Assembly (NCBI GenBank): GCA_021613535.1
Contig: CP075496.1
Location: 9,982,001-10,046,000 of the forward strand
DNA length: 64,000 nucleotides
From: Adineta vaga
Taxonomy: Eukaryota > Animalia > Rotifera
Direction of reading: 5' to 3'
Shown here: positions 39,465 through 52,212 of the stretch, piece after piece
How the letters are laid out: each line of letters opens with the position of its first letter
How positions within the stretch are numbered: position 1 is the first letter of the stretch
Translations under genes and position numbers: made by a program
Notes under the pieces: model-generated
Databases searched by the model: none
The model's input: only the letters and a program-made list of their open reading frames with translations
Told to the model about the DNA's origin: nothing

Positions 39465-42400
39465 GAGAACTGTATATTGGAACAGGATGGAGATGATTTA
39501 TTACTTGACTAAAACAAAATAAAAGCAGATCGATTCAAATCTATTGTTCACAGATAATAGTGAGATTAATGAAGAAAATTGCTAACATTCGAATCGGAAA
39601 CATATCGAACGCTTACTGTTGTTAGTACTTACGTGTTTATATATTGGAATAATAATGACGACAATTTAGCTGAATGAAGAATGGTATTTAAACGTAACGA
39701 AAGAAGGAAATCTTAATTAAGAAATGAAGTCATGAAAAGGAGGAAGAAAGGAAAACATTTTCATGATTAGTTATTAAACAAGAGAAGAAAAAAAGAGCAT
39801 TATGAATCAATTTATGCTTATTCTATGTATTACATAATAGGATTGAGTTTTCTTTTTTGTAAAACAAAAAGATTTTATCATTCTTCATACAGACGAAAAA
39901 ATGAAACTTTTTTTCTCATCTACGATTACATTAATGATCTATTTAAAATCTTTCTATATACACAGATTCATTAAAATTAACTTGAACATATGTATGAACA
40001 ACAAAAAAGACATGACTTTTTCATTCTTTTAGAGAGAAACTATTAAAGAAATTAAATTAATATCATGATGATGATAACACTTTTCCTCCTTATGCATATG
40101 ATTTCAAGATCCGGTTGATATCACCTTTGTAATAATATATTATTTGTTGACACATCAAATCAGGCTTAGAATATTATGAATGGTAGAGAAGAATAACAAA
40201 TCTCAACACTAATATTAATGATTTCTAAGTATATATGTTCTTAACTAATCAAATAAATGACGAAAATACTAGTGCTTTTTATGCGTGATACGCCTACATA
40301 GTAATATACTTGCAAGAGAAAAATGATTTACTGTAGATATTAATGTTTAGGTGAAGGTTGAAACGTTTTCACATGTGTCCCTCTGATTAAAAGTGACTAC
40401 TAATTATATTTAGTGATTGAAAACAGTTTCTTTTTACGAGGATATGATTTTGAAAGAAGTAAAGAGAAGTATGTAATCAAAATGATTGATCTAAAGAATA
40501 ATAAGATTTTATGTTCAACAGATAACACGTGATCTCATTTGCGTTTGAAAAGAGATTTAAAAAAAAACCTTCTATAGCAAGGATTTTTTGCTCGTTATTA
40601 AATTTTGTAGAAATAGAAAAGCTACTCACGTATTATTTTTGAGATTAAAACTTATTAGTTTGAGTGCGCATGTGAATCTTTCAATAGAATATTCATCAGA
40701 ATAACTATCTTAAACATTTTTTCTTTCAAAGCTGAGTGTCATCAGTCGATGTAGGAATGGTTACAATATAATATATGGGAAAAAAAGATCTCTTTTTTTT
40801 AAATTTCTGAAGGACATCCCTATCTTTACTTTGAAAATTTAAAAAAATGTGTATTGTACTTTCTTTTTCTGCATGTATAAACGCTCATAAAAAAAAACGA
40901 AGTTGATTTTGTTTGAATTAATAAAATCAAACGGTCATATTTCTCGGTACTAAAAGTAGAACTTGAATAATTTTTAAGATTTCATAGGCTTCGTCAATAA
41001 ATTTCAAAAAAACAAAAGTACTCATATAATTCTGAGACATGAATAATTACTTCATTTGAATTCATTTTCTCATTCTCACACTTAATGAACAATGCTAAGA
41101 ATAAGTATTTTCGACACTATATCATATTTATATAAAATGCTAGACTATTTATTAGTTTTCAATGAATCTATAGATCGCCTGATAAATTAAAAAATAGGTT
41201 CAAAAGCCTATATATCCTATGACGTCTTTCCATCTGTAAGTTCATTTTTTTTTCTCTCTCTCTCACTTATGATATATTATCATCAATAAACAGTAGAAGA
41301 GGAAGAAATATGAAAAACTATCAACATAATATAATGTTGATGAGTAGAAGGAATCATATAATCTCGACGAATTTATTTTTGAAGTATCATGATGAACTTG
41401 TTTTTCGACAGATGACGTATTTCAGATCTTATGGATCATATAATCAAAATGAAAGATTGATTAGATGATGTTTTCTTTGATAGTTAGAAGCATTAGTCAG
41501 AAAACATTATCGTCAAAAAGAGCTTTTGTCAGGATGACCTTCCATTCAGGTACAGATATATGTCGATCAATTAGGATGATGATGAATCACTGAGATTCAA
41601 ATTCTAAATTAGATATAAATAGGCTTTAATAACTAAGAGTGTTGGTTCATTGGATGAATCTCTATATTAGAGTGTATAAAAAATGGCATGAGGATTTTAT
41701 CTGGTTCTTTTCTAGTAAACTTGATATAACATTTCACCTAGTTATTTATAGGTAAATATTGTTTTCGCTATGTTAATTTCATTGATAAAATGTCATGTGT
41801 TGTATACCATATATTCATCTATAAATAGATGAACAGAATGTCTTTTCTTTTTATTTGACTGAAAATCGAGAACTATGTTAAGACAAGATAAAGTTTCGTA
41901 CTAAAATATTATTGTATATTGTTTGCTTTGTTTTTTTTTGTTGATAAAACATATGATTTCGTTTGATATCATTTTTGAGTAATTTACTAAAAACTAAATA
42001 GTGCATTGGCAACGTATTATTATGATCATTAGTTTTTCAATGGAATGGAGATCAAGTAAAAACATTTGCCTACTATATCATTGACTACTGAATCTATCTG
42101 CGACATAGTAATTAAAAATAATTATAATGATGCCGCATATAATACGGAAGTTGACCATAGAGAAAAAGTTAAATTTAGAAGATGGATGTGCCTCATCGGA
42201 AAGTTCATTCTCGTATGATTCATTGTCTTGAAACTTAATGAAGACATTTTTTCTTCGTTTTCTTTTCGTTGCTGTGAACAGTATTTGTGCTTTATCGACC
42301 TAGTAAACTTCAATTCATTAATGAATTTAATTGTAATAATTGTGAATAATATGGAAAAAAAGAACTTTCTTTTCTGATTTCTATCACATACTGTTAGAAG

Positions 42401-42533
42401 AAGAAAATTTTTTTGCAAAGCAAATCTTTGGAAATGCTTTTCCTTTATTTTAATTCACTAAATCTACAGTCTTCGTGAGTAATAAACTAGTTATCATTTC
42501 TTCCGTACTGCATCATTGAAAATATCGATCTGA

Positions 42534-43597
42534 ATGTCATCATCATCATCATCATCTTTAATTAATATTCTTGTTCATATTGAAAAACAACTAACTATTT
42601 TTGTTTATCCATTATGGTTGATCTTTGGTATTACTGGATGTCTTCTTAATCTCATTATTTTCTCTCGACCACAGCTACGAACAACTTCATGTTCTATCTG
42701 TAAGTTTTATTCCTTGTCTTCATTCTTCTTTATACGTCATTCTTTATAGATTTCTTTGCTGCATCTGTTGATCATCTCATGACATTAATCATTGGTATTG
42801 GACCAACCATATATTCTCTCTTCTATCCTGATCTACAAATACAATCTCTTCTATTTTGTAAACTTCGAGGATATCTTTTTCAAATTTGTCTAATGCTGTC
42901 ACGATGGTTCATTGCTTTTGCATGTATTGATCGTTATGTATTGACATCCGACGAAGTTCGATTAAGAAATCTTGCCAATAGAAAAATAGCATGTCGTGCA
43001 CTTATATTTATCATAGTAGTTTGGTTTATTATTTGTTCACATAGACTTATCTTCTATGAAATTAAAGGTACCCTGTGTGCTATCGTGAATAATATGATTG
43101 CAGCAGTTTATCATAGTATATATGTAATTATTGGTGGTGGAATTTGTCCAACAATAATTATGATTTTGTGTGCCTCTCTTATTCGTCGAAATCTTGCTCG
43201 TAAACGAGAAAGACGAACACGATTCTCATTGGGTGATAATCAACGAAGTTCACTTGATCAACAAGTGTTAAGAATATTGTTTATTCAGATTATTTCCTAT
43301 GTCATATTTACTATACCTCAATTGTGTAACTTAATATTTAATACAATATCAATTACATATCGAAATCGATCAAATGAACATATAGTGATAGAACGATTTG
43401 TTGCATTCATAGCCGAATTCATGTTGTATTTGTTTCCAGTAACATCATTTTATTTATATACACTTACGTCTCGTACATTTCGCAAGGAATTAATTCAAGT
43501 TATTTATTCAATCGGATGTCGGAGTTTTTCAATTATACCCATGTCTATTACTGACCAGCGTGATGACAATCAGAAATCAGTAGAGAATCGAAAATGA
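42534..43597 (+). CDS. Class A orphan GPCR (intron 42700-42749)
   Basis: GITGCLLNLIIFSRPQLRTTSCSI|YFFAAS, CKLRGY, ACIDRY and FYLYTLTSRTFR. Same family as 1926-2981. Confidence 0.9.
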
Positions 43598-43726
43598 ATA
43601 GGAAGATCATCTAAATACTCATATAGATTTGAACATATATATAACGAATATTTTGTTATGCGAATCATTTTTCTTTTTATTTAAAATAATCAAACTTTTG
43701 TGTATTATATACTGCAGAGAATTTTG

Positions 43727-45549
43727 TTAAGGATAAGTAAATGAACCGATAAGGGTGCCAGAATTCGCATCACAATTATACGAATTCTTGATAGTAGAAG
43801 TAAAAGTTCGTGTAAATATTAGAACAAAACCAGATGGACGTACAATACGATACGTAATTGTTAATGGATCGGACACACTGATTACTGGACTAATGAATTT
43901 ATATGGTTCAAAACAAATATAATAAGTACCTGTTGGCGGTAATGGACCACTAGTTTTCCAATAAACATTTTCGGGACCTTTATTAACTTGATCATCTCTA
44001 TCTAATTCACCGTAATCAGTATTTGAGGATGAACCTTTATTTTTATAGGAAATTGTTTTTCCATTAGGTGTTGCAACAACAATGTCTCCATCACCAGCTC
44101 GAGACCAAGTCAATGTACAGGCAAGATGACCAACATTAATGCATATTCCTTCGATACATGATTGTTCAGAATTACATGTAGGTGAACATGGTATGTCTAA
44201 CATTCCAAGTTCGATATTTATGTGTTAATAAAAGACTTGTATTCTTTATATAATCTACCTGTTGTTGTCGTCGTTTGTGTAACTGTAGTTACGGATGTTG
44301 TGGTGGCGCTTGTTGTAGAGGTAGATGATGATGTAACTGTAGAAGTAGTTGTTGTTATACTAGTAGTTGTGCTTGTGCTTGTTGTCGTAATAGCTAAAAG
44401 TTTAATAACTACAATGATCTATTATCTTAAGTAACGTAGATATTCTTAAAAATCAGTACAATACATTTGTAGGGATTCAATTATTTGATTTGGTTTCTTC
44501 ACTATGAGTGAATCTATTGAAGTGTATTTAATCTTACTCGTTGTTATTGTTATTGTTGTTGTTTTGCCTTTTGATAATAAAGTTAATATAATTGCTGCAA
44601 TAACTCCACCAAGAACTATTAGAACAATCAGTGATAGAAGTATCCACCATGGTGAACATTTACAACAAGTATTGAACCATCTATATGTAAAATTTTCTAT
44701 ACAATTAAAAGACAATGATCGATGATATTTACCCTCGTTTTCTATTTCTATACTTTTGATTATATTTGTTAGTAAATTCTATTCCTTTGGAAGGCTTTTC
44801 TATTAACTGAACGAATTCATTGACAAGAAGAAACTTCAAAATATTCCGCAAAATATCTTACTGTAATATCTTTACAATGATCGATAATAGTTGAATTATC
44901 AAAAGAGATTTTCTATGAATATGAAGCAAGAACACTTAACAAATATATCCAATGAATTACATTATGACTTATTACTCGATGATTAGGAGTTGGATATATC
45001 TTCGTTATTGTTGTCAGTTTATGATGATGTTCTATCTCTCGATTATTGATACCATGATTTATATGTGCTGAATGTGGATCTGTGTGAATATGAGTGTTTT
45101 GTTTTACTTGTAATGATGTTGGTCGATTGAACAAACTCGTTTCGGACTATAATAGATAGAAATAAAGTATTGGAATGAAAAGTATGTTTTGAGATAAACG
45201 AACTGGTTGCAAGATATTAGTAGGATTTGAACGATTTTGTCCAATTGGATTCTTATTGATTGCTGATGAAAGATCTTTTCGGATATTATTATTATTACCA
45301 GATTTAACATTGCATTTTTCAGATGGATGAGTATCCTTCAACGAAGCAAGTTATTAAGAAATTCGTATGAAATAATCTTACTTGAATTTTAAGTGATTGA
45401 TGATACGATTGACGAGGTAATTTTATTACATGTATTGATATCAATGATGGTATATTAGGTACACTTTGTCTTCGTTTTAATTCGATCGATTGTAGTATTA
45501 CATGATTAGGTCGTATTGATTGACTGTGCGTTCGATCTGTCATTATCAT
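43727..45549 (-). CDS. Type II membrane protein with Thr-rich stalk, small Cys module and YfaP/DUF2135-like C-terminal domain (multi-exon)
   Basis: TM WWILLSLIVLIVLGGVIAAIIL and poly-Thr exons at about 44260-44390. CSPTCNSEQSCIEGIC is followed by LTWSRAGDGDIVVATPNG...LDRDD...GPENVYW...GTYYIC. Confidence 0.65.
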
Positions 45550-46190
45550 AAACAGTATTTTATGTATAAAATCATAGAATTCATTTTTTTATGTTCTCGA
45601 AATTCTTTTTTGTCTTCTTTTCAATAGATGAAATTTAACAATTGCTAGTATGATTCATTTGCATCGAGATACTATTCAAATAGAATAGAAAATTCGATTT
45701 AATTTATTCATATTGTGAGAGAGAAAGTAATTTCATATTAGAGAATTCAATAATGTTCGAAGAGAGCAAAAATCAACGATGAGTACGTTTCATTCAGTTT
45801 CAAAATTATATTTTTATCATCGTGTAAGTCAGAAATAAGTCTAATATCTAGTTATCAATAGTAAGTATTAATACTATCGATAATCATGTATTTACAAGTA
45901 TGTCATGCTTCAATTAACCTGGATTTTTCCTAACTGACATAATTAACAAGAATACTTTTGTACTTTTACAGTAAAAACTTCATATACAACTAGTAGTTGA
46001 CGTCAGAATATCATTGAGAAATTCTCTATTATTTGCTATCTAGTATTTTTGAACAGATTGTCATTGATAGAATGGAAGAAAGAAAAAGTTTAGTTCAATA
46101 TTTGAAGAAAAGAAAAAAAAAGAATTTTTTTGACAGTCAAACAAAAGCTCTCTTACATAGATCACGACTTGGATTTTATCATATCAAAAT

Positions 46191-47561
46191 ATGACTAGTA
46201 AACCATTAGTTTTTTGTTTGGATAAATCGAATAATTCGAATTTAAAACAATGTCTGTATAATTTTACTACACGTTTTTTTACTGATGGTAAGTATCTTAT
46301 AAAAAGTATTATTGTCAATGCGAAAACAGAATTTCTTCCTGTTGCACTTGTACTTACTGGAGATTATCATTCAATTAAAGACATTATTACAGATGCACGC
46401 AGTCATTCAATGAAATCATTTATTTTTTGTCAAAATTCTAATCGACAAACATATGAATCCTTAATGAAAGATTCAACTGATCAGATTATTGGAATATTTA
46501 CATTAATTGAAGATTTAAAAGATGCACTAGATGATATTCTACTAAAGCCAATCGCTGAGCGACAATTAATTCGTTTGATTACAAATAATTTAGAATCTTA
46601 TCTCTGGTATGAATTTTTAAAACAAACTGCATTGAAAATCGATACTGTATCACCAAAACAAACAATTGATATTCCCAATATCAATCGACAAATAGAATTT
46701 GATCCATATTTAACTCTATATACATTACGTTCAACAATTCGTGAACTTAATCAACAAACAAGTGCGCATAAGAAAATTATTTATGGAACTGTGATAAAAA
46801 GAGATATAATTGATATGTTACAATTGAATATAAATAATCTCATTGCGTTTAATTCTTTTGTTCATCTTCAAGGACAGAATCGTACACTAGATGCACATCA
46901 TCAAGCATTACAATGTTGTTCACGTCGTTATAATGAAGTTTCAGTTATATTTGAACTTGAATTAGCTGATCAACCAATATTTAAAATCATTCGAGTTTTT
47001 CATTCAACAAATGATAAAAATCTTTGGATTGTTCAATTAGTTGGAACACATGAATGTGTTAAAGTATCCAAACAATTTTCTCATACGAAATTGACGACAA
47101 CTTCATTATCTCAATGGAAACAACCGGAAATTTTATTTGGACAAATTTTAATTGCCATGAATGAAATTGATAAAGCATATAGTTATTTTTTTGATATTAT
47201 TATTAATCGATATGATCAATTGAGTAAAATCTATACAACAATTCATCAATTATGGATGCAAGAAAAGAAATATACAGAAGTCATTGATCTTATTGCAACT
47301 GAATTTCAACAAATAAAACCGAACAATACTTTGAATAAGAATACAAATAAGAATAAAGACGAATTTACATATCTCGAATCAGAATTCGATTCAACATGGG
47401 AAACACCAATTGCATTACAAGATGAAAAGAAAATCAATGAGCTTTTAACTCCAATATCTTATCAAGTTGATCATGTACTTTTCAAACCAAAAACAACAAA
47501 TCCACCACCTACAAGATCATCATCATCATCATCGTCAAGACGACGTTGTACATTATTGTAA
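46191..47561 (+). CDS. Highly degenerate ART-like/TPR-family protein with C-terminal CaaX motif
   Basis: Intronless 456 aa. Family landmarks YLWYEFL, LNINNLIAFNSF, SVIFELEL, LWIVQL and FGQILIAMNEIDKAYSYF parallel the 27525 protein. Ends RRRCTLL*. Confidence 0.6.
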   Translation: MTSKPLVFCLDKSNNSNLKQCLYNFTTRFFTDGKYLIKSIIVNAKTEFLPVALVLTGDYHSIKDIITDARSHSMKSFIFCQNSNRQTYESLMKDSTDQIIGIFTLIEDLKDALDDILLKPIAERQLIRLITNNLESYLWYEFLKQTALKIDTVSPKQTIDIPNINRQIEFDPYLTLYTLRSTIRELNQQTSAHKKIIYGTVIKRDIIDMLQLNINNLIAFNSFVHLQGQNRTLDAHHQALQCCSRRYNEVSVIFELELADQPIFKIIRVFHSTNDKNLWIVQLVGTHECVKVSKQFSHTKLTTTSLSQWKQPEILFGQILIAMNEIDKAYSYFFDIIINRYDQLSKIYTTIHQLWMQEKKYTEVIDLIATEFQQIKPNNTLNKNTNKNKDEFTYLESEFDSTWETPIALQDEKKINELLTPISYQVDHVLFKPKTTNPPPTRSSSSSSSRRRCTLL

Positions 47562-48545
47562 TTTTTTTCTTCTATTCCTTTGTTACTTTCTCATTGTTTA
47601 GTAAACGTGTTTGTCGATATTTGTTATAAAGTTGAAACAGATGGTCAGAGGAATCGATACCTTTTTGTTTTACATATAATAACTATTGCTTACCTTGTGT
47701 ACATTTACTGATTCAAAGTCTTCGAGCATTGCAATAGGATAATACTTTACTCCGAGGATTTTAATAATAGTTTTCAAATCGAAACAACTTTCATTCTTTT
47801 GTGAATCTATTTCGTCTTGTTTGATGTCACAATTCACTGTCAAAATCCAGGCAATATCAATCATACTTTGCCATGGGTAAGTGTGACTTCCAAAAAATGA
47901 CTAGAATAATCGAGATCATAGAATATGTGATATATGTACATATCCTTTTAATCTTACTACTTATCAGGTTTATCTACTACTGCAAACGATGCAAAGATCA
48001 CTCATTGTTATTGAATCCTAGATTTCTTCGTAAAACAACAGTTAAACAAACTGATTCAGTATGAAATAAATCCGAATGGGTTATTAATGCAAATTCCAAA
48101 CAATTTGAAGGTAAATGGTTGAAAAAGCGACAAGAATTTTGTGATAAAGATAGGTTTGATTCTAAAATATCAAATGGTATGTTTTGCTGAATATTTTTAA
48201 AATTGAATTATGCAATTGATTGCAACTTAATATTTCTTTTCTTTTCTTAGTTAATCTTGACGATATTACAGAAGAAGGAATCTACAAATCAACTTAATCT
48301 GATGAGATATAGAGAAAAAAATTATCATTATGAATAACGTAATGACAAATATTTGTATGACTCACATATACTTACTCAACTGTGCTGCAACTCCCTGTGG
48401 CGGTCCTCCATGTGACAGAAAGAAAAAAGAAGAAAACAACGTATTTATAACGAAATAATATTAACTTGTTCGTCTAACAAAGCTTCATAATTCACAACTT
48501 TCGATAAATTTTATAGAAAATTTTATCGTAGAACACGTTTAAATT

Positions 48546-49706
48546 ATGACACATTTGTTATGGATAGTACTTACGATCAGTATAGTAAGTATTTCAACAA
48601 ATCACGTCGTATCAGATAAGTACTTTGATAATTTACCTCAATCCTTATTTGAACTTAAACAGTATTATGATGTTATGAATAATTTACAAAAGCGTAGTAT
48701 TATAAATTCAGATATTGCTGACCAAGAAAAACGATTATATATTGAATATGCATCGAAACTCGTTGGAAGACAAGAACTCTTAACTGAAGAAGAATTTCTT
48801 ACATGGAAACAACGTGAATTAATTATTTCATTCTCAAATATCATTGCTATACTTGCCGGTGTCATTGTGACAATTGCAATAGTCATATTCATCGGAATTT
48901 TTCTAGTACCTCTTTTAGTTCGTATACCATTGGTTATCTGGGAAGTATTGGCTTATATAATATCGATCGGTTTGATGATTTATGTTAGTCATTCTTGGTT
49001 GATTTTCCTCGGTTGTTTGTTATTCGTAGCAATCTTATCATTTTCAGTGAAAACACGTGTTTCAAATGACAAACATCTCGGTATAATTCTCTCTTGGACA
49101 TGTTTTATTGTTTGGACAATTGTTGCTATTTATCAACAACATCGAGAAGCTGGTTACCTTGCAGTAATGGCTTTAGAATCTGCTTTAGGTTTTGTGATAT
49201 TTGTTGGGCAATTAGTTATGATCATTGGGTTTCAAAATGAAAAAGCTATTCCAAGTGGAACTATTGCTTCATTTATTTTAATTCTTCTCGGTAGTATTTT
49301 ACATCTTCAACAAAAAATAAATATTCTAACAGTACCATTCGCTCGACCTTCATTATTTCTTGGTACATTTGTTTATTTTATTGGAATGCTTATACTTTCA
49401 TCATCATTATATCTTCGACGAGGAAGAAAAAAGCATATATATTGGTTTTTACAATTCGTAATGTTTCTTAGTGGATTAGCAGCGATGTTTCTTGGTCCAT
49501 TGTTGCAATTACCATTTATTCAAGCGATTGGAGGAACAATGTTCGTTATATGGTTATTAGAAAAATATGTCGAAATTGCACCATGGAATGGAACATTTAA
49601 AGTTATTGGAAGTTTATTCGGCTTTGGATCATTATTATATGGATTTGCTTATTTTTTGCAAAATAATCCGGAATATTTTATTTTTCATACTTATTCATTG
49701 GACTAA
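48546..49706 (+). CDS. Polytopic membrane protein (signal peptide plus about 11 TM), unknown function
   Basis: Intronless 386 aa with many short, closely spaced Gly-rich hydrophobic helices and no GPCR motifs. Confidence 0.75.
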   Translation: MTHLLWIVLTISIVSISTNHVVSDKYFDNLPQSLFELKQYYDVMNNLQKRSIINSDIADQEKRLYIEYASKLVGRQELLTEEEFLTWKQRELIISFSNIIAILAGVIVTIAIVIFIGIFLVPLLVRIPLVIWEVLAYIISIGLMIYVSHSWLIFLGCLLFVAILSFSVKTRVSNDKHLGIILSWTCFIVWTIVAIYQQHREAGYLAVMALESALGFVIFVGQLVMIIGFQNEKAIPSGTIASFILILLGSILHLQQKINILTVPFARPSLFLGTFVYFIGMLILSSSLYLRRGRKKHIYWFLQFVMFLSGLAAMFLGPLLQLPFIQAIGGTMFVIWLLEKYVEIAPWNGTFKVIGSLFGFGSLLYGFAYFLQNNPEYFIFHTYSLD

Positions 49707-50390
49707 GGAATTTTAATGATATTTATATCTCGCAAAATAAAAATTCTCGAAAAACAAACCATTCAGTTCTGTATAGTAAATCTAATAGTATGTATATCAC
49801 GGTTTCATCGTCAAAAAAGTAGTCAGATAAAAGTTCTTTTAGTTCAGTTTTGTATGACATCCATTATAATTCTTTTCAATCAAATTGTGAAGGAAAAAGA
49901 AATTCTATTAAAAGTCGGTCATGTGAGATTAATAAGATATAATGTAGATTCTAAAAAATAGAGTAGTGTTTGATGTTACTGGAAATAGTATGTCTTGAAT
50001 TATTCTATTGGTACGATATTAATCATACAAATAATTCATTAAAACGTTATAGTACAATCGAAATATGTCGCTTCTCTACAAACTCTATTTATATATTAAT
50101 TAGTTATTTATTCTACTTATATATTCTCTTCATTCCTCTCTCTCTATCTATATATACATTATGCGACGGAATAGTCAATCGAAAAACTATTTAAATTTAA
50201 TCTAACATAAACCTACAAAAATTAAATTTTAATATCATGTAATGATCGACTTTTGAGGACAATATTATAAATAACAAAATAAGGTTTTTGTCTCTCTGTA
50301 AAACTAGAGTTGATTAGATGAATATCAATGTCATTTCGTTGTCTAAGACGATTTTCTATTTAAGCAATGAAAAATTCCATTAAATCACAA

Positions 50391-51320
50391 TCAATGCATA
50401 ACTGGCATTAGTCTATTTTGTTTTAAAAACTCTCGTAATTTTGGCGTAATAAATGGAAGTGTAATTGCAAATGTAAACGAACTTGATGATGATGATAACC
50501 ATTGAATTCGTTCCATTAACGAATCAAAACGATTTTCAATATAACCTTTTAAAACAATAATAATATATATAATAATAACTGTACCGAGAATAATCAAATT
50601 TCCTGCCATACGACGTAGTACAACAAAATCTCGTCGATGTAAATCATGTTCTTGTCTAATCATTGTTGTTTCTCGCATTTTTTTGACAATTAAGTAATAA
50701 AATAAACACACAATATGAAATGGTACAATAAAAATAATGAAACTTGCGAATAATAACGAATAGAACGGTATAGGTATAATGCTAAAATAAGCTTCGTCAG
50801 GTAACATATTAATACTTCGAAAACCGAAAAGTATAATAAGCATATTACTGTATACAAAGAGATATTCACCTGGAATTAAGAGACATACATAAAGTGATAA
50901 ACGATGTAGCCATAGTTTAGTTGAATAAATAACTCGAACAAAACGATAGAAAGCAACTAAAGTATAACTCCAATAAAGAACACCATACATTGACCAAAGC
51001 ATATATGCACGCATTCGATGAACACTTGGTTCGGAAATACTGAGAGGTTTACCTAAATTTTTGACCAATGTTGGATAAGTTATATGCACGATTTGAAGAA
51101 GACTTTTGATGAAAATAACGAGAATAATATTTATGGAAAGTACTAAGGATACATTCAAAGATCGTCGACCATGTTTATATTTAGATTCAATAATACGATA
51201 AATAATAATACAAAAATACATAATACAAATTAAAAGAACAATCACATCCATAAGAAGAGCGATCATATTCAATACTGAATTAACATCGATAGTCAGAGAA
51301 CTATTTGTAGTGTTAGTCAT
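50391..51320 (-). CDS. Divergent 7TM GPCR-like receptor
   Basis: Intronless 309 aa with seven hydrophobic segments, an N-glycosylated N-terminus, SYTLVAFYRFVRVIY in TM3 and RRDFVVLRR before TM6. Confidence 0.8.
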   Translation of the reverse strand: MTNTTNSSLTIDVNSVLNMIALLMDVIVLLICIMYFCIIIYRIIESKYKHGRRSLNVSLVLSINIILVIFIKSLLQIVHITYPTLVKNLGKPLSISEPSVHRMRAYMLWSMYGVLYWSYTLVAFYRFVRVIYSTKLWLHRLSLYVCLLIPGEYLFVYSNMLIILFGFRSINMLPDEAYFSIIPIPFYSLLFASFIIFIVPFHIVCLFYYLIVKKMRETTMIRQEHDLHRRDFVVLRRMAGNLIILGTVIIIYIIIVLKGYIENRFDSLMERIQWLSSSSSSFTFAITLPFITPKLREFLKQNRLMPVMH

Positions 51321-52212
51321 TATTGTAAACTAACTATCGATATCTTACTTAAATGAGGAAAAAATAGAAACATTAGATACTAAACAGAAGTGAACATACT
51401 CATATGAATTTAATTATTATCCATGTATGATTGCTTCTAGTCGGATTTCCTCGTGGATGGTTAAGAAGATTAGAAAAAATTGATTACGAAAGAAAAAAGA
51501 AATGTCATATTCCGATGAATAGAACTTACTATGAATTGAATTCATTTATTTAATAAAATGAACGCATATTAGAGAAAATAGAACTTCGTTTTACAAATAA
51601 TACTATTAGATTTGTTGAAGTTTATTCAATGGTATTTGTTAGCTCTTTATGTACTAAATATTGTGAGAATGCGAGATACTTTTGTTAGTAAATGTAGATT
51701 AATTAGTTCTAAAATCTCTTGTAAATCCTATAGACTAATTTAGAGGGATTTCAAATAATAAAAGATGATTCCGTCCCATCATATTTTTAGAGCCAGTTCT
51801 AATAATTATTTTTGATAAATTATATTGGTTTTTCTCAATATCACGTGAAATTTGATTCTTTTGTACTATTTCTTGTGAAATTTCATCTGAAGCGAAATAT
51901 ATATGCAGCATTTTATCATCGAATTCATATATTCTCTTTGTATTAAATCAATATGTCTTAATTTCAATATTAACTGATTTAAATGAAATTTTAATTGTAT
52001 AACTATAAGGTTTAATAATAATATTACCTTATAAGGATATGCGATACTTATGCTGTTCTTCAAAATGATTCATTTTATTGTTATCGATATTTGAGATGAA
52101 TAATGACTATCACGAGGACTTGAAACTTTTTTTTCTCTCTTACCCGAGTATGGCGCAATGATTTGCTCGACATATACAAGTTATTTTCTTTCCTTTGTTA
52201 ATTTAAGGCAGC

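Noticed and set aside
44222-44725. Val-rich plus-strand ORFs resembling membrane proteins
   Set aside because: They are antisense shadows of the Thr-rich and TM exons of the minus-strand gene.
4034-46136. Recurrent CTGTCAA/TTGACAG motif in intergenic regions (e.g. 4034, 4475, 5496, 6773, 34957, 35002, 46130)
   Set aside because: A rough expectation for this 7-mer on both strands of 64 kb at this base composition is of similar magnitude, so enrichment is not demonstrated.
47670-48300. Short ORFs and coding-like fragments between the CaaX gene and the polytopic membrane gene
   Set aside because: No recognisable family, in-frame stops and no consistent exon chain, so a call cannot be supported.
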